A DNA stretch of 64,000 bases from Prevotella sp. (GTDB lineage Bacteria; Bacteroidota; Bacteroidia; Bacteroidales; Dysgonomonadaceae). This document shows, piece after piece, positions 48,699 to 58,467 of the stretch. Made by a program: the position numbers and the translations under genes. The DNA is taken from assembly GCA_031285625.1 (NCBI GenBank), contig JAITVV010000073.1:50357-114356 (forward strand), read 5' to 3'. How positions within the stretch are numbered: the stretch's first letter is position 1; every line of letters begins with the position of its first letter. The notes under the pieces are model-generated. The model saw only the letters and a list, made by a program, of their open reading frames with translations. It was not told the origin of the DNA and made no database searches.

Positions 48699-49853
48699 AT
48701 GAAAAAGATATTTTACTTAATTATAGCAACTGTTTTCATGCTTTCGTGTTCGACTAAAGAGGCAAAGGTAACTATAGAGAATACCAGCAACTTTGATCGT
48801 TTAACAGAACTTGTGGAAATACCTATAGACAGTATTAAAGACAAAAAATCTGTTACAGATAGTTTAGTCTACCATGTTCAAACTGAAGACGGAGTAATAA
48901 TTCCATCACAAGTAACCTATGACAGGAAGATTATATTCCAACCTCAGTTGAAAGCCAACGAAACTAAATCTTTTATTATCACAACAGGCGATCCTCAGGA
49001 TTTCGAAGCAAAAACATACGGACGTTTCATTACTGAACGTAAAGATGATTTTGCATGGGAAAATGACCGTGTTGCATTCCGTATCTATGGGCCTGCATTA
49101 ATTGAAATAGATGGTCCCAGCAACGGCATTGATATATGGTATAAACGTACCAACGACCTTATTATAGACAAATGGTACAAGGACGATCTGGCCGGTGTTG
49201 CATCATACCATGACGATCATGGCGAAGGCCTCGATGATTACAAAGTTGGCCGTACTCTGGGTGCAGGTGCAATGGCTCCATATGTAAACAACAAATTGTG
49301 GCTGAATGAAAATTTTATATCAGAAGAGCTATTAGATAATGGCCCTTTGCGTACAACATTTAAGCTTACTTACAAAGATATGGATGTAGATGGTAAGACT
49401 GTTGCCGAAAACCGTACGATCTCTTTAGATGCAGGTTCTCAATTTTCAAAAATAGTTCAGGCTTATACTATCAAAGAGCCTATGACTGTTGCTGCAGGAA
49501 TTGTAAAAAGGGAAACAGGGGATTCCATTATCGCTTCTGTAGATAAAGGATATATCGTTTATGCAGAACCAAAAACTGATAAGGTATCTGGTATTTATTT
49601 AGGGCTTGTTTTTCCACAAGGTATTAATGAAAGTAAAACAGATACCTATGATGTTCTAAATGCAAAATCAAACAAAAAAGATACATACTCTCATGTACTC
49701 GCTATTGCGACCCAACAACCAAATATTCCGGTAACTTATTATGCAGGTTATGGCTGGTCTCAATTTGGATTTCCTACTGTTGCAGATTTCGAGAAATATA
49801 TTCAAAACTTTTCAGAAGAACTTAAACAACCATTAATAATAAAATATAAATAA
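48699..49853 (+). CDS. DUF4861-family lipoprotein
   Basis: Lipobox MLSC, 'ERKDDFAWENDRVAFRIYGPAL', 'YHDDHGEGLDDYKVGRTLGAG'. Confidence 0.85.
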   Translation: MKKIFYLIIATVFMLSCSTKEAKVTIENTSNFDRLTELVEIPIDSIKDKKSVTDSLVYHVQTEDGVIIPSQVTYDRKIIFQPQLKANETKSFIITTGDPQDFEAKTYGRFITERKDDFAWENDRVAFRIYGPALIEIDGPSNGIDIWYKRTNDLIIDKWYKDDLAGVASYHDDHGEGLDDYKVGRTLGAGAMAPYVNNKLWLNENFISEELLDNGPLRTTFKLTYKDMDVDGKTVAENRTISLDAGSQFSKIVQAYTIKEPMTVAAGIVKRETGDSIIASVDKGYIVYAEPKTDKVSGIYLGLVFPQGINESKTDTYDVLNAKSNKKDTYSHVLAIATQQPNIPVTYYAGYGWSQFGFPTVADFEKYIQNFSEELKQPLIIKYK

Positions 49854-49885
49854 CAAATACTAATTATTATACAAAGACTAAAACT

Positions 49886-50923
49886 ATGAAAAAAGTTGTC
49901 ACATTCGGGGAAATTATGCTACGCCTTGCAACTCCCGGATATCAGAGATTTATACAGTCAACCAACCTTAATGCCACATTTGGAGGAGGTGAAGCCAACG
50001 TTGCAGTTTCACTATCCAACTATGGTATTCCTACGGATTTTGTAACCCGGTTACCTAAAAATGATATAGCCGAGTGGTGTATCTCTGATTTGAGAAAATA
50101 CAATGTAGGAGTGAATAATATTCTCAGAGGAGGAGATCGTGTAGGTATCTATTTCCTTGAAACCGGAGCTGTAGCACGTGCCTCAAAGGTAGTATATGAC
50201 AGGGCAAACTCATCTATTGCCGATATAAAACCCGGAATGATCGACTGGAAAGAAGTCTTTAAAGATGCACAATGGTTTCATTGGACAGGAATCACTCCCG
50301 CTCTGTCCCAAGGTGCAGCAGATGCATGTCTGGAAGCTATAAAGGTTGCCAATGAAATGGGGGTAACAGTTTCGACTGACCTTAATTATCGTAAAAACCT
50401 ATGGAAATATGGCAAGACAGCTTCCGAGGTGATGCCGGCACTTGTTGAAGGGTGTGACATTATTTTAGGAAACGAAGAAGATGCGGAGAAGGTATTTGGC
50501 ATAAAACCCGAGGGCTTTGATGTAGCTCATACCGGAGGAGAAGTGAATGCCGCAGAATTTGAGTCGGTATGTACCCAAATGATGAAACGTTTTCCTCGTG
50601 CCAGTAAAGTAATAGTTACTCTTCGCGGTTCGATCAATGCAAACCATAACACATGGGGAGGATGTTTGTACTCGGATAAGCTTTATCAAAGTAAACGATA
50701 TGACATTACCCATATTGTAGACCGTGTAGGAGGAGGAGATTCGTTTATGGGAGGACTTATTTACGGACTTATCTCCTACCCTAGCGATGACCGGAAAGCA
50801 CTGGAGTTTGCTGTTGCGGCTTCTTGCCTGAAACACACTATATACGGGGATTTCAACCTTGTAACAGTTGCAGAAGTTGAAAACCTAATGAAGGGAGATG
50901 GATCAGGACGTGTTTCCAGATAA
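49886..50923 (+). CDS. kdgK: 2-keto-3-deoxygluconate kinase (PfkB family)
   Basis: 'FGEIMLRL', 'GGGEANVA', 'DLNYRKNLW', 'DRVGGGDSF'. Confidence 0.93.
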   Translation: MKKVVTFGEIMLRLATPGYQRFIQSTNLNATFGGGEANVAVSLSNYGIPTDFVTRLPKNDIAEWCISDLRKYNVGVNNILRGGDRVGIYFLETGAVARASKVVYDRANSSIADIKPGMIDWKEVFKDAQWFHWTGITPALSQGAADACLEAIKVANEMGVTVSTDLNYRKNLWKYGKTASEVMPALVEGCDIILGNEEDAEKVFGIKPEGFDVAHTGGEVNAAEFESVCTQMMKRFPRASKVIVTLRGSINANHNTWGGCLYSDKLYQSKRYDITHIVDRVGGGDSFMGGLIYGLISYPSDDRKALEFAVAASCLKHTIYGDFNLVTVAEVENLMKGDGSGRVSR

Positions 50924-50988
50924 ATAGCTGTAATCCTGTTTCAGTAATTTTATCTATATAATAAAGATAAACAGTATTTTATAGAAGA

Positions 50989-51038
50989 AAAAGTAACACT
51001 ATAAAAACACCTGAAAAGTGTCACCTTTGTCACTTTTT
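50989..51038 (+). repeat. Dispersed intergenic element, copy 3
   Basis: AAAAGTAACA-N20-TGTCACCTTTGTCACTTTTT between kdgK and kduD. Confidence 0.65.
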
Positions 51039-51142
51039 AACAGAATAGCTACTGATTATTAATAATATAGATCATTCATAAGATGTTACTTTTATCGGTT
51101 ATATCTAAAATATTGATTCAGATTTTAAGAATAGAATAAAAA

Positions 51143-51928
51143 ATGATAAAAAATCAATTTTCGTTAGAAGGAAAAGTAGCCCTAATCACAGGAGGAACCT
51201 ATGGTATTGGTATGGCAATGGCTAAAGCTTTAGGAAGAGCAGGAGCCAAAATCGTATTCAATGCCAGAAGTAAAGACCAGATAGAAAAGGCTATTGAAGA
51301 CTATAAAGCAGATGGATTTGAAGTATACGGTTATCAATGTGATGTAACTGTAGAAGCACAGGTACAGGAAATGGTTGCTGATATATCGAAAAAAATAGGT
51401 GATGTAGATATTTTAGTAAATAATGCAGGAATCATTAAACGTATACCTGCACTGGAGATGTCTGTAGAAGAATTCAGCCAGGTAATAGACATAGACCTCA
51501 TAGGTCCCTTTATTGTATCTAAGGCTGTAGCTCCCGGAATGATAAAAAAAGGCTCCGGAAAAATCATCAATATCTGTTCTATGATGAGTGAACTGGGACG
51601 TGAAACAGTATCGGCCTATGCAGCAGCCAAAGGAGGACTGAAGATGCTTACCAAGAATCTGGCATGCGAATGGGCTGAACATAATATACAAGTAAATGGG
51701 ATAGGCCCCGGATATATTGCAACCCCTCAAACTGCCCCTTTACGTACGGCTGGACATCCGTTTAATGATTTCATTATATCCAAGACTCCGGCTGCTCGCT
51801 GGGGGACACCCGAAGATCTGGAAGGTCCGGTTGTATTCCTGGCTTCGCAGGCATCTGATTTTATTAACGGACACATATTATATGTAGACGGAGGTATACT
51901 TGCATATATTGGTAAACAACCAAAATAA
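51143..51928 (+). CDS. kduD: SDR, gluconate 5-dehydrogenase family; likely 2-dehydro-3-deoxy-D-gluconate 5-dehydrogenase
   Basis: TGGTYGIG, NNAG, YAAAKGG. Context with kduI and kdgK. Confidence 0.85.
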   Translation: MIKNQFSLEGKVALITGGTYGIGMAMAKALGRAGAKIVFNARSKDQIEKAIEDYKADGFEVYGYQCDVTVEAQVQEMVADISKKIGDVDILVNNAGIIKRIPALEMSVEEFSQVIDIDLIGPFIVSKAVAPGMIKKGSGKIINICSMMSELGRETVSAYAAAKGGLKMLTKNLACEWAEHNIQVNGIGPGYIATPQTAPLRTAGHPFNDFIISKTPAARWGTPEDLEGPVVFLASQASDFINGHILYVDGGILAYIGKQPK

Positions 51929-52032
51929 TTTATAATTAATACTTAACAGCAAGTAGGTATGAAAACTAAAACCATTGTTTTTATTGATCTAAAAAACATA
52001 CCTGCTTGCCTGTTTGTAAAACTAACAGTTAG

Positions 52033-52707
52033 ATGGCACGATTTTCAAGAATAAAAGCCTGTCAGGTAATGGCAGAAACAGGAATGGTACCTGTATTTTA
52101 CCACAACGACCTGGAAACATCTAAACAAGTAATCAAGGCTTGTTATCAGGGAGGTGTAAGAGCATTTGAATTTACCAACAGGGGTGATTTTGCACATGAA
52201 ATATTTGGAGAACTGAATAAATGGGCAGCAAAAGAATGCCCGGATATGATATTGGGTATCGGATCGGTAGTAGATGCCGGTACTGCATCTTTGTTTTTAC
52301 AGCTTGGGGCCAATTTCGTTGTAGGTCCCCTATTAAATCCCGACATCTTCAAAGTGTGTAACCGTAGGCAAGTAGCGTATATTCCCGGTTGCGGATCTGT
52401 ATCCGAAATCGGTTACGCACAAGAGTTGGGTGCCGAGGTGGTGAAAGTATTTCCGGCAGGAAATGTCGGAGGCCCGTCATTTGTGAAGAATGTAAAAGCA
52501 CCGATGCCATGGTCGAGTATTATGGTAACAGGAGGTGTAGAACCTACCGAAGAAAATCTTACAAAATGGATTGATGCAGGTGTTACCTGTGTGGGTATGG
52601 GTTCAAACTTATTTCCCAAAGATGTGATTGCTGCAAAAGACTGGGGTAAGATAACACTAATGTGCAAAGATGCACTTGCAATAATAGCAAAAGCGAAAAC
52701 TAAATAA
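52033..52707 (+). CDS. eda: KDPG/KHG aldolase
   Basis: 'AFEFTNRG', 'GANFVVGP', 'VKVFPA', 'MVTGGV'. Confidence 0.93.
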   Translation: MARFSRIKACQVMAETGMVPVFYHNDLETSKQVIKACYQGGVRAFEFTNRGDFAHEIFGELNKWAAKECPDMILGIGSVVDAGTASLFLQLGANFVVGPLLNPDIFKVCNRRQVAYIPGCGSVSEIGYAQELGAEVVKVFPAGNVGGPSFVKNVKAPMPWSSIMVTGGVEPTEENLTKWIDAGVTCVGMGSNLFPKDVIAAKDWGKITLMCKDALAIIAKAKTK

Positions 52708-52713
52708 AAATCT

Positions 52714-54303
52714 ATGAATAATACCGGAAAAACCAAAATGACAAATTACAGATGGACAATCTGTGCCATGCTGTTCTTTGCCACTACGATCAATTATCTG
52801 GATAGGCAGGTACTATCCCTTACATGGAAAGATTTTATCTCACCAGAGTTTCATTGGACAAATGACCATTATGGAACTATAACTGCGCTCTTCTCTATAT
52901 TTTATGCTGTCAGCATGCTCTTTGCCGGAAAATTTGTAGACTGGATGGATACTAAAAAAGGATTTCTCTGGGCTATTGGTATCTGGTCTTTTGGAGCTAT
53001 CATCCATGCCTTCTGTGGTATTGCCACGTCAGGTATCGTTGCCGGAGAATGGTTTGTCGGATTCGAAGGAGCCCGTGAAGCCATAGCAATGGTGAGTAAT
53101 GTAGGGAAGGTAGCGAGTGTCAGTGTTGTGCTCTTCATATTTGCCCGCTTGATACTGGCTATAGGAGAAGCCGGGAACTTTCCTGCAGCAATTAAGGCTA
53201 CTGCAGAATACTTCCCCAAAAAGGACAGAGCCTTTGCTACCAGTATATTTAATGCAGGAGCAACAGTCGGAGCACTTGCTGCTCCGGTTACAATTCCTGT
53301 TATTGCAAAATTCTGGGGTTGGGAAATGTCATTCATTATCATTGGTGCGCTTGGATTTGTATGGATGGGATTCTGGGTTTTCATATATAAGAAACCGGAA
53401 GTACACCCGAAAGTAAATAGTGCAGAATTAGCTTATATACAATCAGATCAAAGTTCTACCAACCCTGAAGAAGAAAAAGTAGAGGCAGTACAAGCAAAAA
53501 GTAACAAAATATCTTTTAAGGATGCATTCAGGTATAAACAAACCTGGGCTTTTGCCATTGGTAAATTTATGACAGACGGCGTATGGTGGTTCTTTTTGTT
53601 TTGGGCTCCGGCATATCTAAGTTCCGTATATGGAATTAAATCATCCGACCCTCAAGGACAATTAGCTATTTTTGTTCTTTATGCAATCACACTACTCTCA
53701 ATTATTGGAGGATGGCTTCCATCTTACTTTGTAGAAAAGAAAGGAATGAATCCGTATGCAGGCCGTATGAAAGCCATGCTAATATTTGCATTCTTCCCGC
53801 TATTGGCATTACTGGCTCAACCTTTGGGCGGTTATTCATATTGGATTCCTGTTATTATAATCGGTATTGCAGGAGCAGCACATCAGGCATGGTCTGCAAA
53901 TATATTCTCCACTATAGGTGACATGTTCCCTAAGAAAGCAATTGCCACTATCACAGGTATCGGAGGAATGGCAGGTGGTTTTGGTTCCTTCCTTATAAAC
54001 AAAGGTTCGGGAGCGCTATTCGATTTTACTCAAAAGAATTGGAGTACAGTCAATGGAGAAGCTTTTCTCGATAAATACCCTCAGTTTTTGAATACTGAAA
54101 CAGCTACAGCCTTTCTGAAAGAACAGAAGGTCAGTAATCTTGAAGAATTCCTAAAAATGTTATCAGCTTCGGGTGATACTGTAGTAGATGGCATCAATTC
54201 CGGTTATATGATTATATTCTCTATCTGTGCTGTGGCATACCTGATAGGATGGGTTATAATGAAAGCATTAGTACCTAAATATAAGCCGATTACAGATCTA
54301 TAA
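52714..54303 (+). CDS. exuT: MFS hexuronate transporter (ExuT-like)
   Basis: 'INYLDRQVLS', 'GEAGNFPAAIKA.AEYFP', 'FNAG', 'DGVWWFFLFW', 'AHQAWSAN'. Confidence 0.88.
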   Translation: MNNTGKTKMTNYRWTICAMLFFATTINYLDRQVLSLTWKDFISPEFHWTNDHYGTITALFSIFYAVSMLFAGKFVDWMDTKKGFLWAIGIWSFGAIIHAFCGIATSGIVAGEWFVGFEGAREAIAMVSNVGKVASVSVVLFIFARLILAIGEAGNFPAAIKATAEYFPKKDRAFATSIFNAGATVGALAAPVTIPVIAKFWGWEMSFIIIGALGFVWMGFWVFIYKKPEVHPKVNSAELAYIQSDQSSTNPEEEKVEAVQAKSNKISFKDAFRYKQTWAFAIGKFMTDGVWWFFLFWAPAYLSSVYGIKSSDPQGQLAIFVLYAITLLSIIGGWLPSYFVEKKGMNPYAGRMKAMLIFAFFPLLALLAQPLGGYSYWIPVIIIGIAGAAHQAWSANIFSTIGDMFPKKAIATITGIGGMAGGFGSFLINKGSGALFDFTQKNWSTVNGEAFLDKYPQFLNTETATAFLKEQKVSNLEEFLKMLSASGDTVVDGINSGYMIIFSICAVAYLIGWVIMKALVPKYKPITDL

Positions 54304-54338
54304 GATTCCATGTTTTTATATATTAGTTCAACAAAGAG

Positions 54339-54373
54339 TATCCGAAGACTTAATATAGTCTTCGGATATTTTT
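54339..54373 (+). terminator. Rho-independent terminator ending the PUL catabolic operon
   Basis: TATCCGAAGACT-TAATAT-AGTCTTCGGATA followed by TTTTT. Confidence 0.85.
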
Positions 54374-54467
54374 ATATTCAGATACAAAAACAGACATCTT
54401 TTATATCATAATATTGTTATATATTTATCTAATAGTATCTACAAATAAATTAAAGAACAATACAAAG

Positions 54468-54896
54468 ATGATAAGAATAGAGGAAATAACAGAATACACA
54501 TCGGAAAATTATGAAGCTATACAGAGGTTCACTAAGGTATTTCAACAAGAAGTGAATCATCTGACACCGGAATATTTTAAAGAGATAATAATTTCAACAA
54601 ACAGTCATTTATTCATCTTATCCGAAAATGAAAACATTGCAGGAATGCTTACTATCGGCATATATAAATCACCAACCGGATCAAAGGCCTGGATTGAAGA
54701 TGTAGTAATAGATGAAATCCATCGAGGAAAGGGTTTTGGAAAATTGATCATGCAACATGCTGTAGAATTTGTAAAGTTATCACAGATAGATCTTCTTATG
54801 TTAACGTCCAATCCGGCACGTATTGCAGCAAATAAGCTTTATCAGTCATTGGGATTTGATCAGAAGAATACGAACGTATATAAGATGACCTTTTAG
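54468..54896 (+). CDS. GNAT family N-acetyltransferase
   Basis: 'WIEDVVIDEIHRGKGFGK', 'LTSNPARIAANKLYQSLGF'. Likely ATG at 54468. Confidence 0.92.
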   Translation: MIRIEEITEYTSENYEAIQRFTKVFQQEVNHLTPEYFKEIIISTNSHLFILSENENIAGMLTIGIYKSPTGSKAWIEDVVIDEIHRGKGFGKLIMQHAVEFVKLSQIDLLMLTSNPARIAANKLYQSLGFDQKNTNVYKMTF

Positions 54897-54903
54897 TATA
54901 TAA

Positions 54904-54932
54904 AAAATCCCGCATATTTCTACCGGGATTTT
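54904..54932. terminator. Bidirectional terminator between GNAT and the VWA gene
   Basis: AAAATCCCG...CGGGATTTT. Confidence 0.65.
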
Positions 54933-54950
54933 CTATAAGCTTCTTAAAAG

Positions 54951-56111
54951 TTAGATACCTTCATATTTATGTTCGAATTTTTTCAGATCCATACCTTTCA
55001 GAGCTCCCTCTACTAATTCAGGGAGTCGATCAGGAGTACAGGCGAAACATGCTATGCCTAATTTACTTATTTCTTTTGCCAGATTAGGATCATAGTCGGG
55101 TTTTCCCCTATCTGACAGAGCTAACAATGTTATCACTTTAACACCATCAGCATGCATTTCAGACAGACGCCTTAATAGTCCTGCACGTACCCCTCCTTCA
55201 TAGAGATCAGAGATAAGGATAAACATCGTCTTGCGAGGATTCTGAATCAGGCTCTGGCAATATGTTACAGATTTGTTGATATCTGTTCCTCCTCCCAGCT
55301 GAACCCCGAAAAGCATGTCTACCGGATCGTTCTTACATAATTCAGTCAGATCAGTTATTTCTGTATCGAAAGCTACTACATGCGTATCCAATGCAGGCAT
55401 ACTGGCAAATATAGATCCCATAACAGAAGAATAGACTATTGAGTCACACATAGATCCACTCTGGTCTATATCCAGAATCACAGTCCACGATTTTTGTTTC
55501 TGGCTCCGTTCGAAGAAATAGAATTTTTCAGGGATAAGTCTTTTCTTTTCAGTATCATAATTCTTCAGGTTGCGATTGATAGTACGCTTCCAGTCTGTTG
55601 CTGAGAAATTACTGATAGGTGAATGTGCTTTTTTATTCAGAGCACCGGTTACAGCCTTACGCAGATCCTGTTCCATCCGTTTCATTATTTCATCTACCAC
55701 CTCTTTCACCAACTGGCGTGCAGTTTCCTTCGATTTTTCAGGTATCTGTCCCTTCAATGCCATCAAGGTACCTACCATAGAGATATCTGGTTGTACATTC
55801 TTCAATGTTTCTGGCTCCAGAAGAAGCTTTGTCAAGCCCTTTCGCTCAATGGCATCAGCCTGTATTACACTTACCACATCCTGAGGAAAGAATGTACGCA
55901 CATCAGTAAGCCATTTAGCCAGATTAGGAGCGGATGGTCCCAGGCCAGCACCCTTTCTTCCTCCTCCTTTTCCTGAGCTATCACTATCATAAATAGCAGC
56001 CAGAGCGGCATCCATTATACTTTCTTTCTCACTTAACCCTACATTGCCAAATGCCTTGGAATCTCCTCCAAGGATCAACCTCCACCGGGTCATATTTTGA
56101 TTATCTGTCAT
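54951..56111 (-). CDS. VWA domain protein (CoxE/YehP-like)
   Basis: N-terminal 'RWRLILG', MIDAS 'DIDQSGSM', 'GGGTDI', 'ISDLYEGG'. Confidence 0.9.
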   Translation of the reverse strand: MTDNQNMTRWRLILGGDSKAFGNVGLSEKESIMDAALAAIYDSDSSGKGGGRKGAGLGPSAPNLAKWLTDVRTFFPQDVVSVIQADAIERKGLTKLLLEPETLKNVQPDISMVGTLMALKGQIPEKSKETARQLVKEVVDEIMKRMEQDLRKAVTGALNKKAHSPISNFSATDWKRTINRNLKNYDTEKKRLIPEKFYFFERSQKQKSWTVILDIDQSGSMCDSIVYSSVMGSIFASMPALDTHVVAFDTEITDLTELCKNDPVDMLFGVQLGGGTDINKSVTYCQSLIQNPRKTMFILISDLYEGGVRAGLLRRLSEMHADGVKVITLLALSDRGKPDYDPNLAKEISKLGIACFACTPDRLPELVEGALKGMDLKKFEHKYEGI

Positions 56112-56125
56112 TGTTTATCATTTTA

Positions 56126-58420
56126 TCAGAAATCGAATTCAAAGTCATTTAGTTCATCCAGTTTCTCGGTTTCCTGCTCTGTCAACTCAGCTTGCAATAT
56201 CTCGGCTGTAGCTTCTGCACCTGTACCCCATATATCGCCCAAGAGTTCGGCAATACTATTTTTCTGATTGGGTTCAAAGTCTCCAAAAGCTCTACGCAGA
56301 AATACCACTGAACGGAAAAACTCATCTTCATCCAATGCCTGTACATAGCTATCCAGTTCGCGCCACAGCGTAACACGGGATAATAACGCATAGCGGTTAC
56401 GACCCGAAAGACCTTCAAACCATCCGGCTCCTATATCTGCAGGAATACCAGGAGATAATCGCCGCGAAACTTCTTTTGCACAGTCATCTTCATCAGCCAA
56501 ATTATGCTCCAATAGCAGAGAAAATGCGACACCGGATAATTTCGGATTAAGATCGTCTCTCCATGCCAGTTTTTGCAACTCCTGTTGCCATATATTTACA
56601 TCTACCTGATCGTATTGCTCTTGTGAGATAAGGTCCATAACATTGATAGCTTTTGCTATCTCTGATGAGGATTTCTCGTCACAGGATGAAGCATCCGTTA
56701 ATAAAAGAGAAGCTCTTAAGAACAACTGTTGCATAATAGGTATGAGTGGTTCCAGATTGAACTGACGTATGCTTCCATACTGTATAAGGTATGAAAGTTC
56801 CTGAGCAGCATAAGCCACTTCCCTGAAATTATTTGAATCTACAAGGAGACTTTGTAATGTAGATACAGCATTGTCAAAAAGCTTAGACAAATTACACTCA
56901 CATGCCTGACGGATAATTTTGGCAGCCTGTGATATATCTGTACAATTCTCCAATTGTTCTTTTAGTTCAAAAGCCGCCGCAGTTTCTAAAGTTTCACCTT
57001 TTAAGTTGGCCTCTACAATTTCAATCTCTGTTTCGGGTGTCCAACGCAAGATCCATTTCTCAGCCCATGAAGCAGAATCTTGGGATACTGAAAGCTTTTG
57101 GGCGAATTTTATTTTTAAGACTTCCAGGCGATGCAGAAAAGTAGAGCGATTCAGGTCAATAAAGGCGGCCTCTTTCGTTTTTACCTTTATATTCTCCCTC
57201 AAATCGAGACTTAAATCCTGTGCTACTGCAGATTTATATTGAGTCAGTTTTAAGCGCTTCAGTTCCTGATTCATATCTTCCTGTACAGGAGTCTGACTTA
57301 CGCCTTCCGGCAAGCTTCCTATTGCAGTACCTATATCTACCATATTGATAGCTTCAGCAACAGGAGATAGTTCTCCTCCACCAAAACAAGTAATAACGGC
57401 ATCATGTAGATCTTTGAGTACAGGCAGAGAGCCATTCCTCAAAGAAGTGAGCGAGTTAGCAAGCCTGACGGCTTCTATTACACTGGCAGATGATGCATTG
57501 TTTCCCTTTTGCCTGAGCTCTCCGGCTATCATCGAAAGATATATGGATGGCAAGCTGGTCAAAGCATTATCCTGAAGGCACTTCCACATCAATTCAAAAT
57601 AGAACGGAGCCTTATTGCCTGCACCATAACCTGTACGGCTACTTAACCGATGATAAGAATACGGCATCAAAGTCATCCTTGAATCTGCACGGGGTATATT
57701 CTTCAAGTCCTCATCAGACATTGGAGGTAATTCGCTCAATATCCCCTTTACATGGTATGCTCCGACTATAACAACAATATCTTCAGGTTTGAATCCTTCA
57801 TTAATAGCCCGTTGTATTTCCCGGCGCATATAAGCTTCGCGTATCAGATTGTAAGAATAATCATAAGGCACAGCCTCATATTCTTTGTCTACAACCATAT
57901 CGCGCATTTCACCGGTTTGCAAACTCAAACCTTCACGAAAAGTATCTTTCTGCAGATTATGTTCAAAGTTGCGCTCCCAATAGCTTTCGTAATCTTCCTC
58001 TCCATAATAAGATGCCAGCTTATCATAAAGTCCGTTATGAAAAGTATAGAATTCTTTCTGCTCCTCATCCGGCAATTCACGAGAGCGTTCTTGACGTATC
58101 TTTAAGAAAATATTACAAGGTAGATCTATGAAACGAACTTCTGCTTTTTTCTTTACACCCCAACATACTGCCTGATATTCGGGCGAATAGCTGGCAAAGG
58201 GATATAATATTGTTTCTATTGGTAATTCGGTAGTGTATGCAAGAAATGCAACAGGAGGTTTCACTTTCTTATTTGCCAATTCAAGTAGTATTTCTGTTCC
58301 ATCCGATGGTCCTTCAATAAGAATACATTTAGGCTTTTTCTCTTCTAAATATTGTATCAAATGATAGGATGCCCCCGGTGAAAGATGCCTGACTCCGAAT
58401 ATGTTTAAATCTTTATTCAT
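56126..58420 (-). CDS. DUF5682 / YehM-like protein
   Basis: 'IFGVRHLSP', 'ILIEGP', 'YSPEYQA', 'REAYM', 'VGAYH', 'SRTGYGAG', 'STFLHRL'. Confidence 0.85.
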   Translation of the reverse strand: MNKDLNIFGVRHLSPGASYHLIQYLEEKKPKCILIEGPSDGTEILLELANKKVKPPVAFLAYTTELPIETILYPFASYSPEYQAVCWGVKKKAEVRFIDLPCNIFLKIRQERSRELPDEEQKEFYTFHNGLYDKLASYYGEEDYESYWERNFEHNLQKDTFREGLSLQTGEMRDMVVDKEYEAVPYDYSYNLIREAYMRREIQRAINEGFKPEDIVVIVGAYHVKGILSELPPMSDEDLKNIPRADSRMTLMPYSYHRLSSRTGYGAGNKAPFYFELMWKCLQDNALTSLPSIYLSMIAGELRQKGNNASSASVIEAVRLANSLTSLRNGSLPVLKDLHDAVITCFGGGELSPVAEAINMVDIGTAIGSLPEGVSQTPVQEDMNQELKRLKLTQYKSAVAQDLSLDLRENIKVKTKEAAFIDLNRSTFLHRLEVLKIKFAQKLSVSQDSASWAEKWILRWTPETEIEIVEANLKGETLETAAAFELKEQLENCTDISQAAKIIRQACECNLSKLFDNAVSTLQSLLVDSNNFREVAYAAQELSYLIQYGSIRQFNLEPLIPIMQQLFLRASLLLTDASSCDEKSSSEIAKAINVMDLISQEQYDQVDVNIWQQELQKLAWRDDLNPKLSGVAFSLLLEHNLADEDDCAKEVSRRLSPGIPADIGAGWFEGLSGRNRYALLSRVTLWRELDSYVQALDEDEFFRSVVFLRRAFGDFEPNQKNSIAELLGDIWGTGAEATAEILQAELTEQETEKLDELNDFEFDF

Positions 58421-58467
58421 ATTGATGTGCTAAGTGTTAGAATTAATTGATATCGGTACATTTAGAA

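Noticed and set aside
54468-54896. GNAT as a toxin or member of the AAA/VWA system
   Set aside because: It is convergent, separated by a hairpin terminator, has no antitoxin gene, and looks like a common stand-alone GNAT.
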